DNA from: Candidatus Hodarchaeota archaeon
GTDB taxonomy: Archaea; Asgardarchaeota; Heimdallarchaeia; Hodarchaeales; Hodarchaeaceae
DNA: 64,000 bases
NCBI GenBank assembly: GCA_048886525.1
Contig: JBHLKP010000001.1
Coordinates: 16,751-80,750 of the forward strand
Direction: 5' to 3'
Part shown: one piece after another, positions 10,401-19,568 of the stretch
Layout: every line of letters begins with the position of its first letter
Numbering within the stretch: position 1 is the first letter of the stretch
Made by a program: the position numbers and the translations under genes
Notes under the pieces: generated by a model
Told to the model about the DNA's origin: nothing
Databases searched by the model: none
The model's input: only the letters and a program-made list of their open reading frames with translations

Positions 10401-10914
10401 AAATGCAAAAGATATTACTGATTGGTTTGTAGAGATTAGAAATCCTGTTACTGTGTATTTATGTATAGGAACTGCATTAGCTATTATTATGGCAATCATT
10501 CCAACTTATGAATATTTAATTGAAACAGAAAAGATGCCAAAACTTTTAGCTAAATTACCTGATGATTTAGAGGATGATATGAATGAAAGATATGTTGAAC
10601 TCTCAGCTCTTCAATCGATTTTTATATTTGGTACTGGTCTAATTGCATTTATTTTCCTTTTGATAACGATATTATTTTCAGTATTATCTACTGTTCCTAA
10701 TCCTATGCTACTTGAATTGCATTTAGAAGAATGGCTTATATGGTATTCAATATTTATTGTGTTCATTTTAGGCATGATCTGGGCAATTAATTTTTCAAAA
10801 GACACTTACGACTTTCTTTCATTCCTCCTTGGGTTCACTTTCTTTCTCGTTATTTCTTTCATTGTCGTTCTTTCTTACTCAATCTTTTTTCTTGTTCTTT
10901 CGTTCTTTTTTTAG
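7486..10914 (+). CDS. giant polytopic GT-C-type glycosyltransferase (ArnT/PMT-like) with inserted soluble domain and long membrane extension
   Basis: 1142 aa with more than 20 hydrophobic segments. First-loop signature 'YSDKPPGLSLMTVP' follows 'RYGDFTIRE...YLDF'. TTG is the only start upstream of TM1 ('FRLFLFIFLIYIAGATL'). About 140 non-membrane residues are inserted before the KPPG motif. Confidence 0.65.
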   Translation: MEFLTLSKSSSELTNADNVSFWSFLEKTTKSFRFRLFLFIFLIYIAGATLDVTNTNPGSRFMLTKSIARYGDFTIREEDRIRYSYLDFSILNRFRNPSFEEGLLEDAYNWTEYGQNSTRELASNHTGNYGFQISSKDGWIEQDIKDLGIHSIYLYKMKFWAKKFDYSDAFLNITFFYKDSTLSSHWVRVRFQFFHEYEVNLGDISSDKVIDKIRFQNANSSALILDDVHLGSIYSDKPPGLSLMTVPIYWFGEIIAVNFFGVAPSDHFMIDDIVKFLIIISVLMLGAFTTIKFYDLLLILGISKKSANLTTLIFALGSVYYVYIGTFFSHSITASLLLLAIYFSTRFRMKKEISSLLWSAVFSGFAVVCDYILLLLLPFLFFYSFIPFPNLKDMLSHWKQYMLPGLVLYFLPIIFCGFLVIFYNFACFNDPFKSPYAFSWYFWDRQHFAESMFKGLEVLLFSQHHGLINFMPIVLICLIGFIPMFKKAPALASLCISLSAIIILLYSKYYLPTGGLNYGPRQIVSIIPLLIIPLGYFWDLSDEGEALLKIKDSIRVTTITILKVIAIILSGISFLINFAGGWVGVYPLGGEGMLDPIWGTIDQVGHIETLFSWFNFSFNTNGSISIEILHGTTGGFKLNAIFLTLLVELRWPTASSLAMGEPAAFLAALLLALLINPFFNVYRIGDKLSKKSPLIFEINRKYVIITFLTLVELVLVVLFVLWSVFEALRVVLPVIHDSITTLALKLVSYLNSTYTTVSTIPVINLLIWGIVFCFYIVLYLFIFRDSFTIGNWFVNIFLFVLITSIAWISFHQLEAELKKVKLNKKISKLIDTIYFKRYQSIAQILVYMFLITSFWSLLRDVILYILGLGDSLNPSLHTNLTYILLVSVFISTISIAKVPFDEKEFRKKINKSESIKFKKMVTEKHDLSSVYEAKILCTISLIGVIFIIINVVGVIIKTNFSLIELFFISPTLNAKDITDWFVEIRNPVTVYLCIGTALAIIMAIIPTYEYLIETEKMPKLLAKLPDDLEDDMNERYVELSALQSIFIFGTGLIAFIFLLITILFSVLSTVPNPMLLELHLEEWLIWYSIFIVFILGMIWAINFSKDTYDFLSFLLGFTFFLVISFIVVLSYSIFFLVLSFFF

Positions 10915-11276
10915 AGCTCAGCCTGATTAGATTAACTGGTTATCCCAGTTATAAAATTGCCATAGAACAATACGAGTAAGAATTGTTCGTTTTTTTTCCA
11001 TAAAAAATCTCATTTGTCTCTCTTTCGTAAGAGGGATTATTCACAACATTACTATTAAAGCGTAGGAGTTTTTTGAAGGAATATTTAAAAAAGAATTGTC
11101 ACTATTGGTGTCTAAAAGGTTTGTAAAACTGTTCAGTAGCTTTAATGAATAAAATTCAATACTGGTTACATCAAGGAAAAAATTGAACTTGGGATTTATT
11201 CCTACTCTAAATATTTATATTAGAATATAAATCATCTCTTAATCCCTGTTCTCGAATATAATAAGTCAGTGTTCAT

Positions 11277-12818
11277 TTGAAACCAGAAAGAAGAGAAATT
11301 TTCATGTCTAAATTGATGGCCTTTATTTTTTTCCTGATTTCATCTCTCATTCTCTGCCTTTCGCTATATTTGTTTATAATTAATCCAGTCATATATATTA
11401 TCAATTCCAATTCGGTTGATCTACATTTAACGTATTATTTCATGTCTTTCTGGGGAATTTCCTTTTCATTGCTAGTTGTTTTAATATCTATCTTCCTTTC
11501 AAAAATAGTTTTTCAAAGGGCAAGGGGATTCAAAGGATACGGCCTTTTAATAGGAATTTTGATCGTTATGATCATTTCATTTTTAACTGGTTTTTTCAAT
11601 TTCGTATTTTACCCTTTATCTCAATCGGATTTTGCTAAAATTTCACAAGTGTTTTTCATTCACTATTCCCTTCTAGAAATTACTGGATACACTATCTTAT
11701 CATATTTAATTAGAAAATTTAGTCAATATACTGAGAATACGTTAAGATTAAAGATTATTTTTATAATCTCGATTATATCAATGTGTTTATCCTTCGTTGG
11801 ATTTTCTACTTCGCTTATTTTTGATTCATTCCTTAGTTCGACAACGATTAGTTCTGAAATAGTATTATTTGTAAGTTATTTCCTTCCTTCTCAGACGGCT
11901 ATTGTATTTTGTTGTTTAATTGGATTTTGGCTGTCAATTGGCTATTGGAAACATAAAAGAGATCAAAAACAAACATTTCCGAGACTTAAAATGGATATTA
12001 AAGGGAAGAAGGTTTGTATATTCATCCCAGCCTACAATGCTGCATATACCCTCCCAAATCTAATAGACCGAATACAAAGCGATGTTAGGGATCAAATTCA
12101 AAAAATAATTGTCATTGATGACCATAGTCCTGATAATACTTACTTACTAGCAGTGGGTTTGAAAAAAGAACAGAATCTATCTAAAATGTCAGTTTTTCGG
12201 ACTATTAAAAATCAAAAATATGGTGGAAATCAGAAATTAGGGTATTCACTAGCGATATTGGAAGATTATGATATTGTTGTGATGTTACATGGAGATGCTC
12301 AATATGCCCCAGAATTAATACCCCAAATAATTGAACCGATTGTGAATGACGAGGCAGATATGGTCTTTGGATCAAGAATGAAAGAGGATCCGTTGAAAGG
12401 GGGAATGCCACCGATAAAATATCTTGGTAATAAGGCTTTAACTTTTGTAGAGAATTGCATTTTAGGAACAAACCTTTCTGAATTTCATTCTGGCTATCGG
12501 GCTTATTCTTGTGATGCACTAATGAAAATTCCGTTTTTACGCTGTACCAATGAATTTCATTTTGATACAGAGATAATCATTCAGTTTGTACTAGCAAAAT
12601 TAAGAATTGTGGAAATCCCAATTCCAACTTTTTATGGAGAAGAAGTATCGCGTGTAAATAAATTCAGTTATGGTTTCGATATTCTTAAAGAAATGATTTC
12701 ATATCTCATAGTTACAAAAGGGTTTGCTGAGAATCCTAAGTTTGATTTAACTGATTTCACTTTTTCAATTAATGACATTAGGACATACATTGAAGATTTT
12801 ATGGTGAAGATTGATTAA
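11277..12818 (+). CDS. membrane-fused GT2 polyprenyl-phosphate glycosyltransferase (GtrB/DPM1-like)
   Basis: About 230 aa of TM helices are followed by a GT-A domain: 'CIFIPAYNAAYTLPNLIDRI', 'IIVIDDHSPDNT', 'MLHGDAQY', 'FGSRM...FHSGYRAY'. The track start is TTG; the ATG at 11304 (MSKLMAF...) is an equally likely start. Confidence 0.8.
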   Translation: MKPERREIFMSKLMAFIFFLISSLILCLSLYLFIINPVIYIINSNSVDLHLTYYFMSFWGISFSLLVVLISIFLSKIVFQRARGFKGYGLLIGILIVMIISFLTGFFNFVFYPLSQSDFAKISQVFFIHYSLLEITGYTILSYLIRKFSQYTENTLRLKIIFIISIISMCLSFVGFSTSLIFDSFLSSTTISSEIVLFVSYFLPSQTAIVFCCLIGFWLSIGYWKHKRDQKQTFPRLKMDIKGKKVCIFIPAYNAAYTLPNLIDRIQSDVRDQIQKIIVIDDHSPDNTYLLAVGLKKEQNLSKMSVFRTIKNQKYGGNQKLGYSLAILEDYDIVVMLHGDAQYAPELIPQIIEPIVNDEADMVFGSRMKEDPLKGGMPPIKYLGNKALTFVENCILGTNLSEFHSGYRAYSCDALMKIPFLRCTNEFHFDTEIIIQFVLAKLRIVEIPIPTFYGEEVSRVNKFSYGFDILKEMISYLIVTKGFAENPKFDLTDFTFSINDIRTYIEDFMVKID

Positions 12819-13783
12819 TGGTAAATGAAACGGTGAGAAGAACAAGAAATTTTGTTAATGCTCTTGTTTCCATTATTTTTTTACTATATGTGACCCTACT
12901 AGTTGATCTAAACGATTTTCTCCAGTTTATTTCCTCTATTAAAGGATTGTTTTTATTTTCAATTTTTACATCTGTATTAATAATTCTCATCTTAAGAACA
13001 TTGCGTTGGTCTTTGTTAATTCGTTGTAAATTTAATTTCTCAATGTTATTACTTTTTTACTATAGTTTCCAATCTCAATTCATCAATTCTTGGATGCCAA
13101 ATGGTTCGGGGGATGTCATTAAGGTAGTTCTTCTTAAATCTAGATCGCAAGCCCAATTACCCGAATTAATAACTCTTACAATGGTAGATAGACTCTTAGA
13201 TGTCTTTACTATTGCATTCGGCGGAATTTTGGCACTCTTTCTATTGGATGTTTTTCCTATGGATATTTTTTGGATTCTTGGTTTTCTTTGTTTTTTGATA
13301 ACCTTCTGCTTTTTTCTTCTACTCATACTATTAAAAATTCCAAATAAGATAATTAGTCGTTATCCAAAGTTGTATAATCAATTCCAAATCATTACTAATC
13401 ACAGAAAAGAAATCACTTTAGGTTTGCTCATAACCATCGTAGCATGGTTTGTTGAAGCTATTAAATTATTTATCATCTTTAATGGGTTGGAAATCTCTGT
13501 TGACTTATATATATCGCTCCAAATAGCCTTAGGTGCATGGGTTGGAAGTCTTCTATTGATTTTAATTTCTGGAACGCTTGGGACGAAGGAATTTTTTATG
13601 TCATATTTGCTTCAAGAAAGAGGATTTAATCAGAGCATCAGCAGTTTAGCTTCTTTTTTGGATCGAATCTTTACAGTTATGATTTCTTTTCTTCCTTTTG
13701 CGTTTTTTACTATTTTAAATCTTTTGGGTATAATCAACGAAGAAAATTCTATAATGAATCCTGGAAATGATAGCATTGAATGA
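12818..13783 (+). CDS. flippase-like membrane protein (LPG_synthase_TM/UPF0104-like)
   Basis: Eight or more TM segments. 'LRTLRWSLLI' after TM2 is typical of this family. Start overlaps the upstream stop (TAATG), so it is coupled to the GT2 gene. Confidence 0.55.
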   Translation: MVNETVRRTRNFVNALVSIIFLLYVTLLVDLNDFLQFISSIKGLFLFSIFTSVLIILILRTLRWSLLIRCKFNFSMLLLFYYSFQSQFINSWMPNGSGDVIKVVLLKSRSQAQLPELITLTMVDRLLDVFTIAFGGILALFLLDVFPMDIFWILGFLCFLITFCFFLLLILLKIPNKIISRYPKLYNQFQIITNHRKEITLGLLITIVAWFVEAIKLFIIFNGLEISVDLYISLQIALGAWVGSLLLILISGTLGTKEFFMSYLLQERGFNQSISSLASFLDRIFTVMISFLPFAFFTILNLLGIINEENSIMNPGNDSIE

Positions 13784-15155
13784 AGTTATTAGCACGAATA
13801 CGGAATTTAGACATTATTTTAATGAAATAACAGAATGGATAAAGGGTCACGCTTTGCTATTCACGATTTTTATTTTTGTCATTGTTAAAATAATTGCCCT
13901 TTTCACATTAATCACTCTTTTTGATTACTTTGATAAATCTATTGGTTCAACAAACCTAGTAATTCAATCAGGTAACATATTTTTCGATTTATTAGGTACC
14001 AGATGGGATTCCTATTTTTATTTGACCATTGCCAACAATGGTATGTATGTTGATCCATTACGCCCAGATGATACACGCATATGGAATTTTTCTCCCTTAT
14101 TTCCATTTTGTATAAGAATGCTCATGGATTTTGCGAAGTTATTTCAGGTAGAAATCCCAGTTGCAGTTGCAGGGGTTCTTGTTGCCAATTTTTTCTCACT
14201 TACTTCGACAATTGCGTTTTTTTATATGAGCAGAATATATTTTGATGTAGAAAAGGCAATCGGCGCTACTTTATTGTTCTCCTTTTTCCCAACAATTTTT
14301 GTCTTTTCAACTGTTGCGTATTCTGAACCCGTATTCATTACTTTTTCAGTATTGTCGTGGTATTTCTTTGAAAAGAAAAAATATCCTTTTGCTGGATTGA
14401 GTCTTGCCTTGGCATCTCTTGCGAGATATCCAGGAGCTCTAATTTTTTTTCTGTACGTTCCAATCTACTTTGGTCGAAAAATCAAGGAGAAAGGGTTAAA
14501 GGAAGCTTTTGGTTGTTTAATAGCAATTCCCCTTTTTCCTTTGCTAGTAATACTTAAGGTAGCCATATTAATATCTTCCCAACTGGCATTAAAGGTTAGA
14601 TTAGTTTATTTTTCAAAATTCTATCAGAAACTATCCATTAATGAACAAAAGAGAAAAAAATTTGAACAGATAATGTATTTTCTGGATCCTGGCTTAAGCT
14701 GGGTATTAATCTTTGGAATCATTCCTCTTGGCTGGATGATTTTTGTGAACACGTTTGCACCAGAATCATTATCAGAAATAGCCTATAATAATTGGGGAGG
14801 AAGGTTTATTTTCCCATTTGCTGGATTTTTCGATTCACTTAACGCGGGAAACGTAAAATGGACTCTTGAAAGGTTTGCATTTCCCGTTCTCCTCATGGTG
14901 ATTGGGTTATTTGTATTAATTAAAAGACCTAGTATTGCATTGTTAATAATAGGTCAAGTTTTATTTTATACAGGTTTTATAGGCTTACATACACTTTCAA
15001 TTCCACGATATACTGGAACAATTTTTCACATTCATCTTGTTTTAGCAGAAGAACTAGCTTCAAACAAAATGATAACACTTTTCTGCTCTTTTTTCCTTAT
15101 TTACGGATTTAAAGTTCTTTGGTCTTTTTGTAACTGGGATATCTGGCTAATCTAA
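13767..15155 (+). CDS. PIG-V-like (GT76-type) GT-C mannosyltransferase
   Basis: 'GTRWDSYFYLTIANNGMY...NFSPLFPF' matches the remembered PIG-V signature RWDaehFl.IAe.GY...aFfPlfP. Polytopic. Overlaps the upstream gene by 17 nt. Confidence 0.6.
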   Translation: MIALNEVISTNTEFRHYFNEITEWIKGHALLFTIFIFVIVKIIALFTLITLFDYFDKSIGSTNLVIQSGNIFFDLLGTRWDSYFYLTIANNGMYVDPLRPDDTRIWNFSPLFPFCIRMLMDFAKLFQVEIPVAVAGVLVANFFSLTSTIAFFYMSRIYFDVEKAIGATLLFSFFPTIFVFSTVAYSEPVFITFSVLSWYFFEKKKYPFAGLSLALASLARYPGALIFFLYVPIYFGRKIKEKGLKEAFGCLIAIPLFPLLVILKVAILISSQLALKVRLVYFSKFYQKLSINEQKRKKFEQIMYFLDPGLSWVLIFGIIPLGWMIFVNTFAPESLSEIAYNNWGGRFIFPFAGFFDSLNAGNVKWTLERFAFPVLLMVIGLFVLIKRPSIALLIIGQVLFYTGFIGLHTLSIPRYTGTIFHIHLVLAEELASNKMITLFCSFFLIYGFKVLWSFCNWDIWLI

Positions 15156-15365
15156 TGAAAATAATTGGCAAATTCTTCTCATCCTTACAATTCTATGGAA
15201 TCAGGTCTGATAAACTATTTTCATGAGAGCAATCGAACCAATTAATTAGGTTAGAATTCCATTTTTGGATCTGCAATCAGAAAATTCTAGTAATTCTCCC
15301 AATTGTTTTCCTCAAAATCTTTTAATAAATATATTGTCGACTGTGTTTCTTAATGGTGTTACTCA

Positions 15366-16235
15366 ATGAAAGGAATAATACTTGCAGGGGGTTCTGGTAC
15401 AAGATTATATCCAATTACAATAGCTGTATCCAAACAATTACTTCCAATATACGATAAACCTTTGATATATTATCCTTTATCAGTCCTAATGCTTTCACGA
15501 ATAAAGGAAATTCTCGTGATAACAACTCCAAGAGATGAACATCTATATAAAGAATTACTTGGTGATGGGAGCCAGATTGGCTTGTCATTTTCCTATGCTA
15601 TCCAAAAAGTGCCTAAAGGATTAGCAGATGCTTTTCTCATTGGCGAAGAATTTATTGATGATGAAGAGGTAGCTCTAATATTAGGTGATAATCTATTTTA
15701 TGGGCAAAGATTTTCAGAAATTCTTCAGAGAGTCTCATCTCTAAAAAAAGGGGCCATTATTTTTGGTTACTATATCAAAGATCCGAGACCATTTGGAGTT
15801 GTTGAATTTGACAAGGATAATAAAGTAATCTCAATAGAAGAAAAACCATCAATACCAAAATCAAAGTATGCAATCCCTGGACTTTATTTTTATGATAACC
15901 AGATTGTCGAAATCGCTAAGAATCTCAGACCATCTGGACGCGGGGAACTAGAGATAACAGATGTAAATAAAGAATATTTGAAGAAGAAACAGCTGAAAGT
16001 GGAATTATTTGGAAGAGGAATGGCCTGGTTAGATACTGGAACGTATAATGGACTGTTGGAAGCGGGAAATTTTGTAGAAGCTATACAGAAAAGACAAGGG
16101 TTATTTATTGCATGCATAGAAGAAATTGCATATAATTTAGGGTATATAGATAAGCAACAGTTATTGGATCTCGCAAAACCCCTTTCAAAGACTGATTATG
16201 GAAAGTACTTGAGTGATATTGCTGAAAATGGCTGA
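15366..16235 (+). CDS. rfbA: glucose-1-phosphate thymidylyltransferase
   Basis: '[18 protein letters not shown]', '[18 protein letters not shown]' and 'ELEITDVN' are canonical RmlA motifs. Confidence 0.95.
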   Translation: MKGIILAGGSGTRLYPITIAVSKQLLPIYDKPLIYYPLSVLMLSRIKEILVITTPRDEHLYKELLGDGSQIGLSFSYAIQKVPKGLADAFLIGEEFIDDEEVALILGDNLFYGQRFSEILQRVSSLKKGAIIFGYYIKDPRPFGVVEFDKDNKVISIEEKPSIPKSKYAIPGLYFYDNQIVEIAKNLRPSGRGELEITDVNKEYLKKKQLKVELFGRGMAWLDTGTYNGLLEAGNFVEAIQKRQGLFIACIEEIAYNLGYIDKQQLLDLAKPLSKTDYGKYLSDIAENG

Positions 16236-16253
16236 ATCAAGGATATAAAAGAT

Positions 16254-16832
16254 ATGAAATTTAAGAGAATCAAGGGGCCTATCGAGGGACTCATGGTTAT
16301 TGAACCTACTTTGTTCAAGGATGACCGAGGGTATTTTATGGAAGCTTATAATAAGAATGAGTTTTCTAGTCTAGGAATCAATCAAGATTTTGTTCAGGAC
16401 AATCATTCAAAGTCAATGAAGGGTGTTTTAAGAGGTTTACATTTTCAAATTAAGAACCCACAAAGAAAGCTTATCAGAGTGATAAGAGGATCCGTTTATG
16501 ATGTAGCAGTTGATTGTCGAAGAAGATCTCCAACTTTCAAGAAGTATTTTGGAATTGAACTCTCGGAAAAAAATAACAAGATGCTTTATATTCCAGAAGG
16601 CTTTGCTCATGGATTTCTCACGTTAACCGAAGAAGTGGATTTAATTTATAAAGTAACTGACTATTATAACGTAGAATATGATTGTGGAATTGTATGGAAT
16701 GATCCTGAGATAATGATTCAATGGCCATTTGAAGAAAATGGAATTGTGAACCCCATACTATCAGAAAAAGACAAAAACTTACCAAGAATAGCTGATATCA
16801 AGATTCCATTTTCATACCAACGAGATGATTGA
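16254..16832 (+). CDS. rfbC: dTDP-4-dehydrorhamnose 3,5-epimerase
   Basis: 'DDRGYFMEAY', 'QDNHSKS..GVLRGLHFQ' and 'IPEGFAHGF' are canonical RmlC cupin motifs. Confidence 0.95.
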   Translation: MKFKRIKGPIEGLMVIEPTLFKDDRGYFMEAYNKNEFSSLGINQDFVQDNHSKSMKGVLRGLHFQIKNPQRKLIRVIRGSVYDVAVDCRRRSPTFKKYFGIELSEKNNKMLYIPEGFAHGFLTLTEEVDLIYKVTDYYNVEYDCGIVWNDPEIMIQWPFEENGIVNPILSEKDKNLPRIADIKIPFSYQRDD

Positions 16833-16853
16833 ATAATATTATGGGTAGAGAAA

Positions 16854-17699
16854 ATGAAAATCCTATTAACAGGGGCTAATGGACAATTGGGTCAAGCCTT
16901 TCAAAAAATTCTACAAAAAGAGGGAGTTGAGTTTTTAGCGACAGATCTTGAAACGGATATTACAAATCTTAACGCTATGAGAATTTTTGTGAAAAATAAC
17001 CCAGTCGATTTAATAATAAATTGTGCAGCCTATAATGCAGTTGATAAAGCTGAAAAAGATTGGAAAAGCGCGTATTTGGTTAATGGAATAGGTTCAAGGA
17101 ATCTCGCATTAATTGCAAATGAGATTGACGCAGTGTTTGTTAATTATTCCTCTGATTATGTTTTTGATGGAAATAAAGGAGCGTCTTACTCCATATTAGA
17201 TAATCCAAATCCAATTTCAAAATATGGTGAAAGTAAACTATTGGGTGAAATATACACTAAGCAGATTGCAAACAAATTCTATTTAATAAGAACTAGCTGG
17301 TTATTCGGGAAGGGAAACATTAATTTTATAACAAAAGTTCTTGAATGGAGCAGAAATAAGTCTGAATTGTCTGTGGTTGTTGATCAAATATCCTCACCCA
17401 CTTACTCATATGATCTTTCACGAATTACTTGGGATTTGTTGAAAACGGAAGCGTTTGGACTGTATCATATTTCAAATTCAGGTTTCTGTTCAAGATTTGA
17501 ATGGGCTGAATTTATATTAAAAAAAATAGGTTGGAAAGGAGATTTATTAACAGCTGAGTCCGAAGATTTCAATACTGCCGCTGCTAGACCAAAATTTTCA
17601 GTGTTAGATAACTTCGGTACCAAAGAAACAGTAGGTTATGAATTGCAAAATTGGAAAGATGCAACAGAAAGATTTCTACAAGAAAAAAAAGTGATATAA
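16854..17699 (+). CDS. rfbD: dTDP-4-dehydrorhamnose reductase
   Basis: 'MKILLTGANGQLG', 'NCAAYNAVDKAE', 'YGESKLLGE' (YxxxK). RmlD length. Confidence 0.9.
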   Translation: MKILLTGANGQLGQAFQKILQKEGVEFLATDLETDITNLNAMRIFVKNNPVDLIINCAAYNAVDKAEKDWKSAYLVNGIGSRNLALIANEIDAVFVNYSSDYVFDGNKGASYSILDNPNPISKYGESKLLGEIYTKQIANKFYLIRTSWLFGKGNINFITKVLEWSRNKSELSVVVDQISSPTYSYDLSRITWDLLKTEAFGLYHISNSGFCSRFEWAEFILKKIGWKGDLLTAESEDFNTAAARPKFSVLDNFGTKETVGYELQNWKDATERFLQEKKVI

Positions 17700-18758
17700 T
17701 TGATATTACTCATAACAGGAGTGGCAGGATTTATTGGTAGTAATTTTGTTTACTATTATCTTGAGAAATATAAGGATAGAACATTAATTGGACTAGACAA
17801 ACTCACTTACGCTGGGAATCTCGATAATCTCTCAAACTTAACAGAAAACCAAAGTAAAAGATTCATTTTTATTAAAGGAGATGTGAATGACCGAGAATTA
17901 TTAGAAAAACTTTTCAGAAAATACGACATAGATGGAATAATAAACTTTGCTGCCGAATCACATGTAGATAGATCTATTCTGGAATCACAATCTTTCATAA
18001 AAACTAACATATTAGGTACTCACACTTTATTGGATATTTCGAAGAAGATATGGTTTAAAAATAGCCAATGGGAGAAGAATAAAAAGTTTCTTCAAATATC
18101 AACTGACGAAGTTTATGGTTCACTTGGCAGAGAGGGATTTTTCACAGAGAAAACATCACTTGATCCACATAGTCTCTATTCCGCAAGTAAAGCTTCAGCG
18201 GATTTAATTGCGAAAGCATACTACGATACTTATAAGATGCCCATAAATATCACGAGATGTTCTAACAATTATGGCCCTTTTCAATTTCCCGAGAAACTCA
18301 TCCCCCTCATGGTCAATAATGCTATGAATCATAAACCACTTCCTGTTTACGGTGATGGGAAACACATTCGAGATTGGTTACACGTACATGATCACTGCGA
18401 GGCCATCAATTTGATCTTTGAACAAGGATCTCCAGGAGAAGTATACAATGTAGGTGGTCATAACGAACAAGAAAATATTTCTGTTGTAAAGAAAATCATT
18501 ACACTTTTACAAGAGAAAACTGGAGACCAAGAGATCAATGACACTTTAATACAACATGTCACTGATAGACTTGGTCATGATCGTCGGTACGCGATCGATG
18601 CTAGTAAGATTCAACAACTCGGTTGGAATTCCAATATTACATTTGAAGAGGGCCTTGAAAATACGATCCAATGGTATTTAGACAATAAAAATTGGATGGA
18701 AAAAGTGATTTCTGGAGAATATCTCAAGTACTACGAAAAAAATTATGGATCTCGATAA
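17700..18758 (+). CDS. rfbB: dTDP-glucose 4,6-dehydratase
   Basis: 'ITGVAGFIGSN', 'FAAESHVDRS', 'YSASKASAD'. A TTG start is forced: an in-frame TAA lies directly upstream and there is no ATG before the Rossmann motif. Confidence 0.95.
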   Translation: MILLITGVAGFIGSNFVYYYLEKYKDRTLIGLDKLTYAGNLDNLSNLTENQSKRFIFIKGDVNDRELLEKLFRKYDIDGIINFAAESHVDRSILESQSFIKTNILGTHTLLDISKKIWFKNSQWEKNKKFLQISTDEVYGSLGREGFFTEKTSLDPHSLYSASKASADLIAKAYYDTYKMPINITRCSNNYGPFQFPEKLIPLMVNNAMNHKPLPVYGDGKHIRDWLHVHDHCEAINLIFEQGSPGEVYNVGGHNEQENISVVKKIITLLQEKTGDQEINDTLIQHVTDRLGHDRRYAIDASKIQQLGWNSNITFEEGLENTIQWYLDNKNWMEKVISGEYLKYYEKNYGSR

Positions 18759-19352
18759 GAATTTTATAAATGGAAAATAAACTGGATATCTTGGTTCTCT
18801 CCGCTGCTCAAGTAGAAAATATTTTCGTGGGGGAAATCCCCAAGATTTTTTGATTATGATTACGAAAGAATAGATTGTATAGCGTGCTCCCAAACCTATG
18901 TTTAACCCAGTCTTCGAAATTATTTTTTCTCTTCTCCGTGCTAAAAAATAACGAAAAAAGGTGTACCAGTACGTGAAACCAGCTTTAAGTGTTAACCAAA
19001 TAGGCATTTTGAGAAGAGCAGAAAATTGTTTGATAGGATAATCGAAATAATTTCCTCTTAGAAGAATTCTACTTGACCTTTGCCTAGCTTCGATATTATC
19101 AGAGCCAATAACATTGAAAAAGAACTTCTCAATATCTTTATCGCGTGTTAAAAAACGATGACCGCCGAAATCAAACCCAAATCGGCCTTTTTTATTATCA
19201 AACCATAAAGTTCTTGATAAATCTACTATACTGCCATTAAATCAGTAGATTGAGTTAGAAAAACCATTTCGGGATAGTTCATAACCACATGATAGTCCTG
19301 CTATACCCCCACAGATGATAACCGTCTTTTTACTATTCTCTAATGAATTCAT
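18740..19352 (-). pseudogene. decayed, 3'-truncated FAD-dependent oxidoreductase (amine-oxidase/Glf-like)
   Basis: The minus strand reads 'MNSLENSKKTVIICGGIAGLSCGYELSRNGF' (GxGxxG) then an in-frame TGA (19242-19244). It continues '...FDFGGHRFLTRDKDIEKFF...LRGNYFDYPI'. A frameshift in an A/T run near 18924-18929 restores 'NNFEDWVKHRFGSTLYNLFF..QKILGISP'. A TGA sits where Trp is expected (18808-18810). The reading frame runs into the rfbB 3' end with the C-terminal half missing. Confidence 0.6.
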
Positions 19353-19568
19353 AACAATACGCAGAGTATGTGAATCGAGATTATATCAGTTATTTTTTTT
19401 GAAATCAAAAATTCTTAAACTGCACGGGATGTTCAGATCAATTGAGCATTCTTTTGCTGAATAGATGATTTTATTTAAGATCATCAATTTGAATATATTA
19501 GTGATTGTTGGGAAAAAAAATTTACGAATGATTCCTAACCTCCCAATGTAGTAACAATTAAGGTTTAA

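Noticed and set aside
6250-10805. Short ORFs nested in or antisense to the RtcB-like and giant GT-C genes (6250-6459, 6696-6878, 7476-7670, 9372-9707, 9807-9992, 10275-10499, 10611-10805)
   Set aside because: Each lies inside a much longer ORF that has family motifs. Their sequences are Ile/Asn/Lys-rich with no recognisable domain.
15321-15335. TATA-box-like 'TTTAATAAATATATT' upstream of rfbA, and similar A/T motifs upstream of other genes
   Set aside because: In a genome this AT-rich, TATA-like strings occur by chance in nearly every spacer. Without TSS data they are not reportable as promoters.
12205-18010. Antisense or nested ORFs in the glycan cluster (12205-12519, 12799-12990, 13075-13326, 15890-16117, 17807-18010)
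   Set aside because: They overlap well-supported GT2, flippase and rfb genes on the opposite strand.
18678-19007. Track ORF 18678-19007(-) as an independent 109-aa gene
   Set aside because: It is one frame-fragment of the decayed FAD-oxidoreductase gene. It is better described as part of the pseudogene at 18740-19352.
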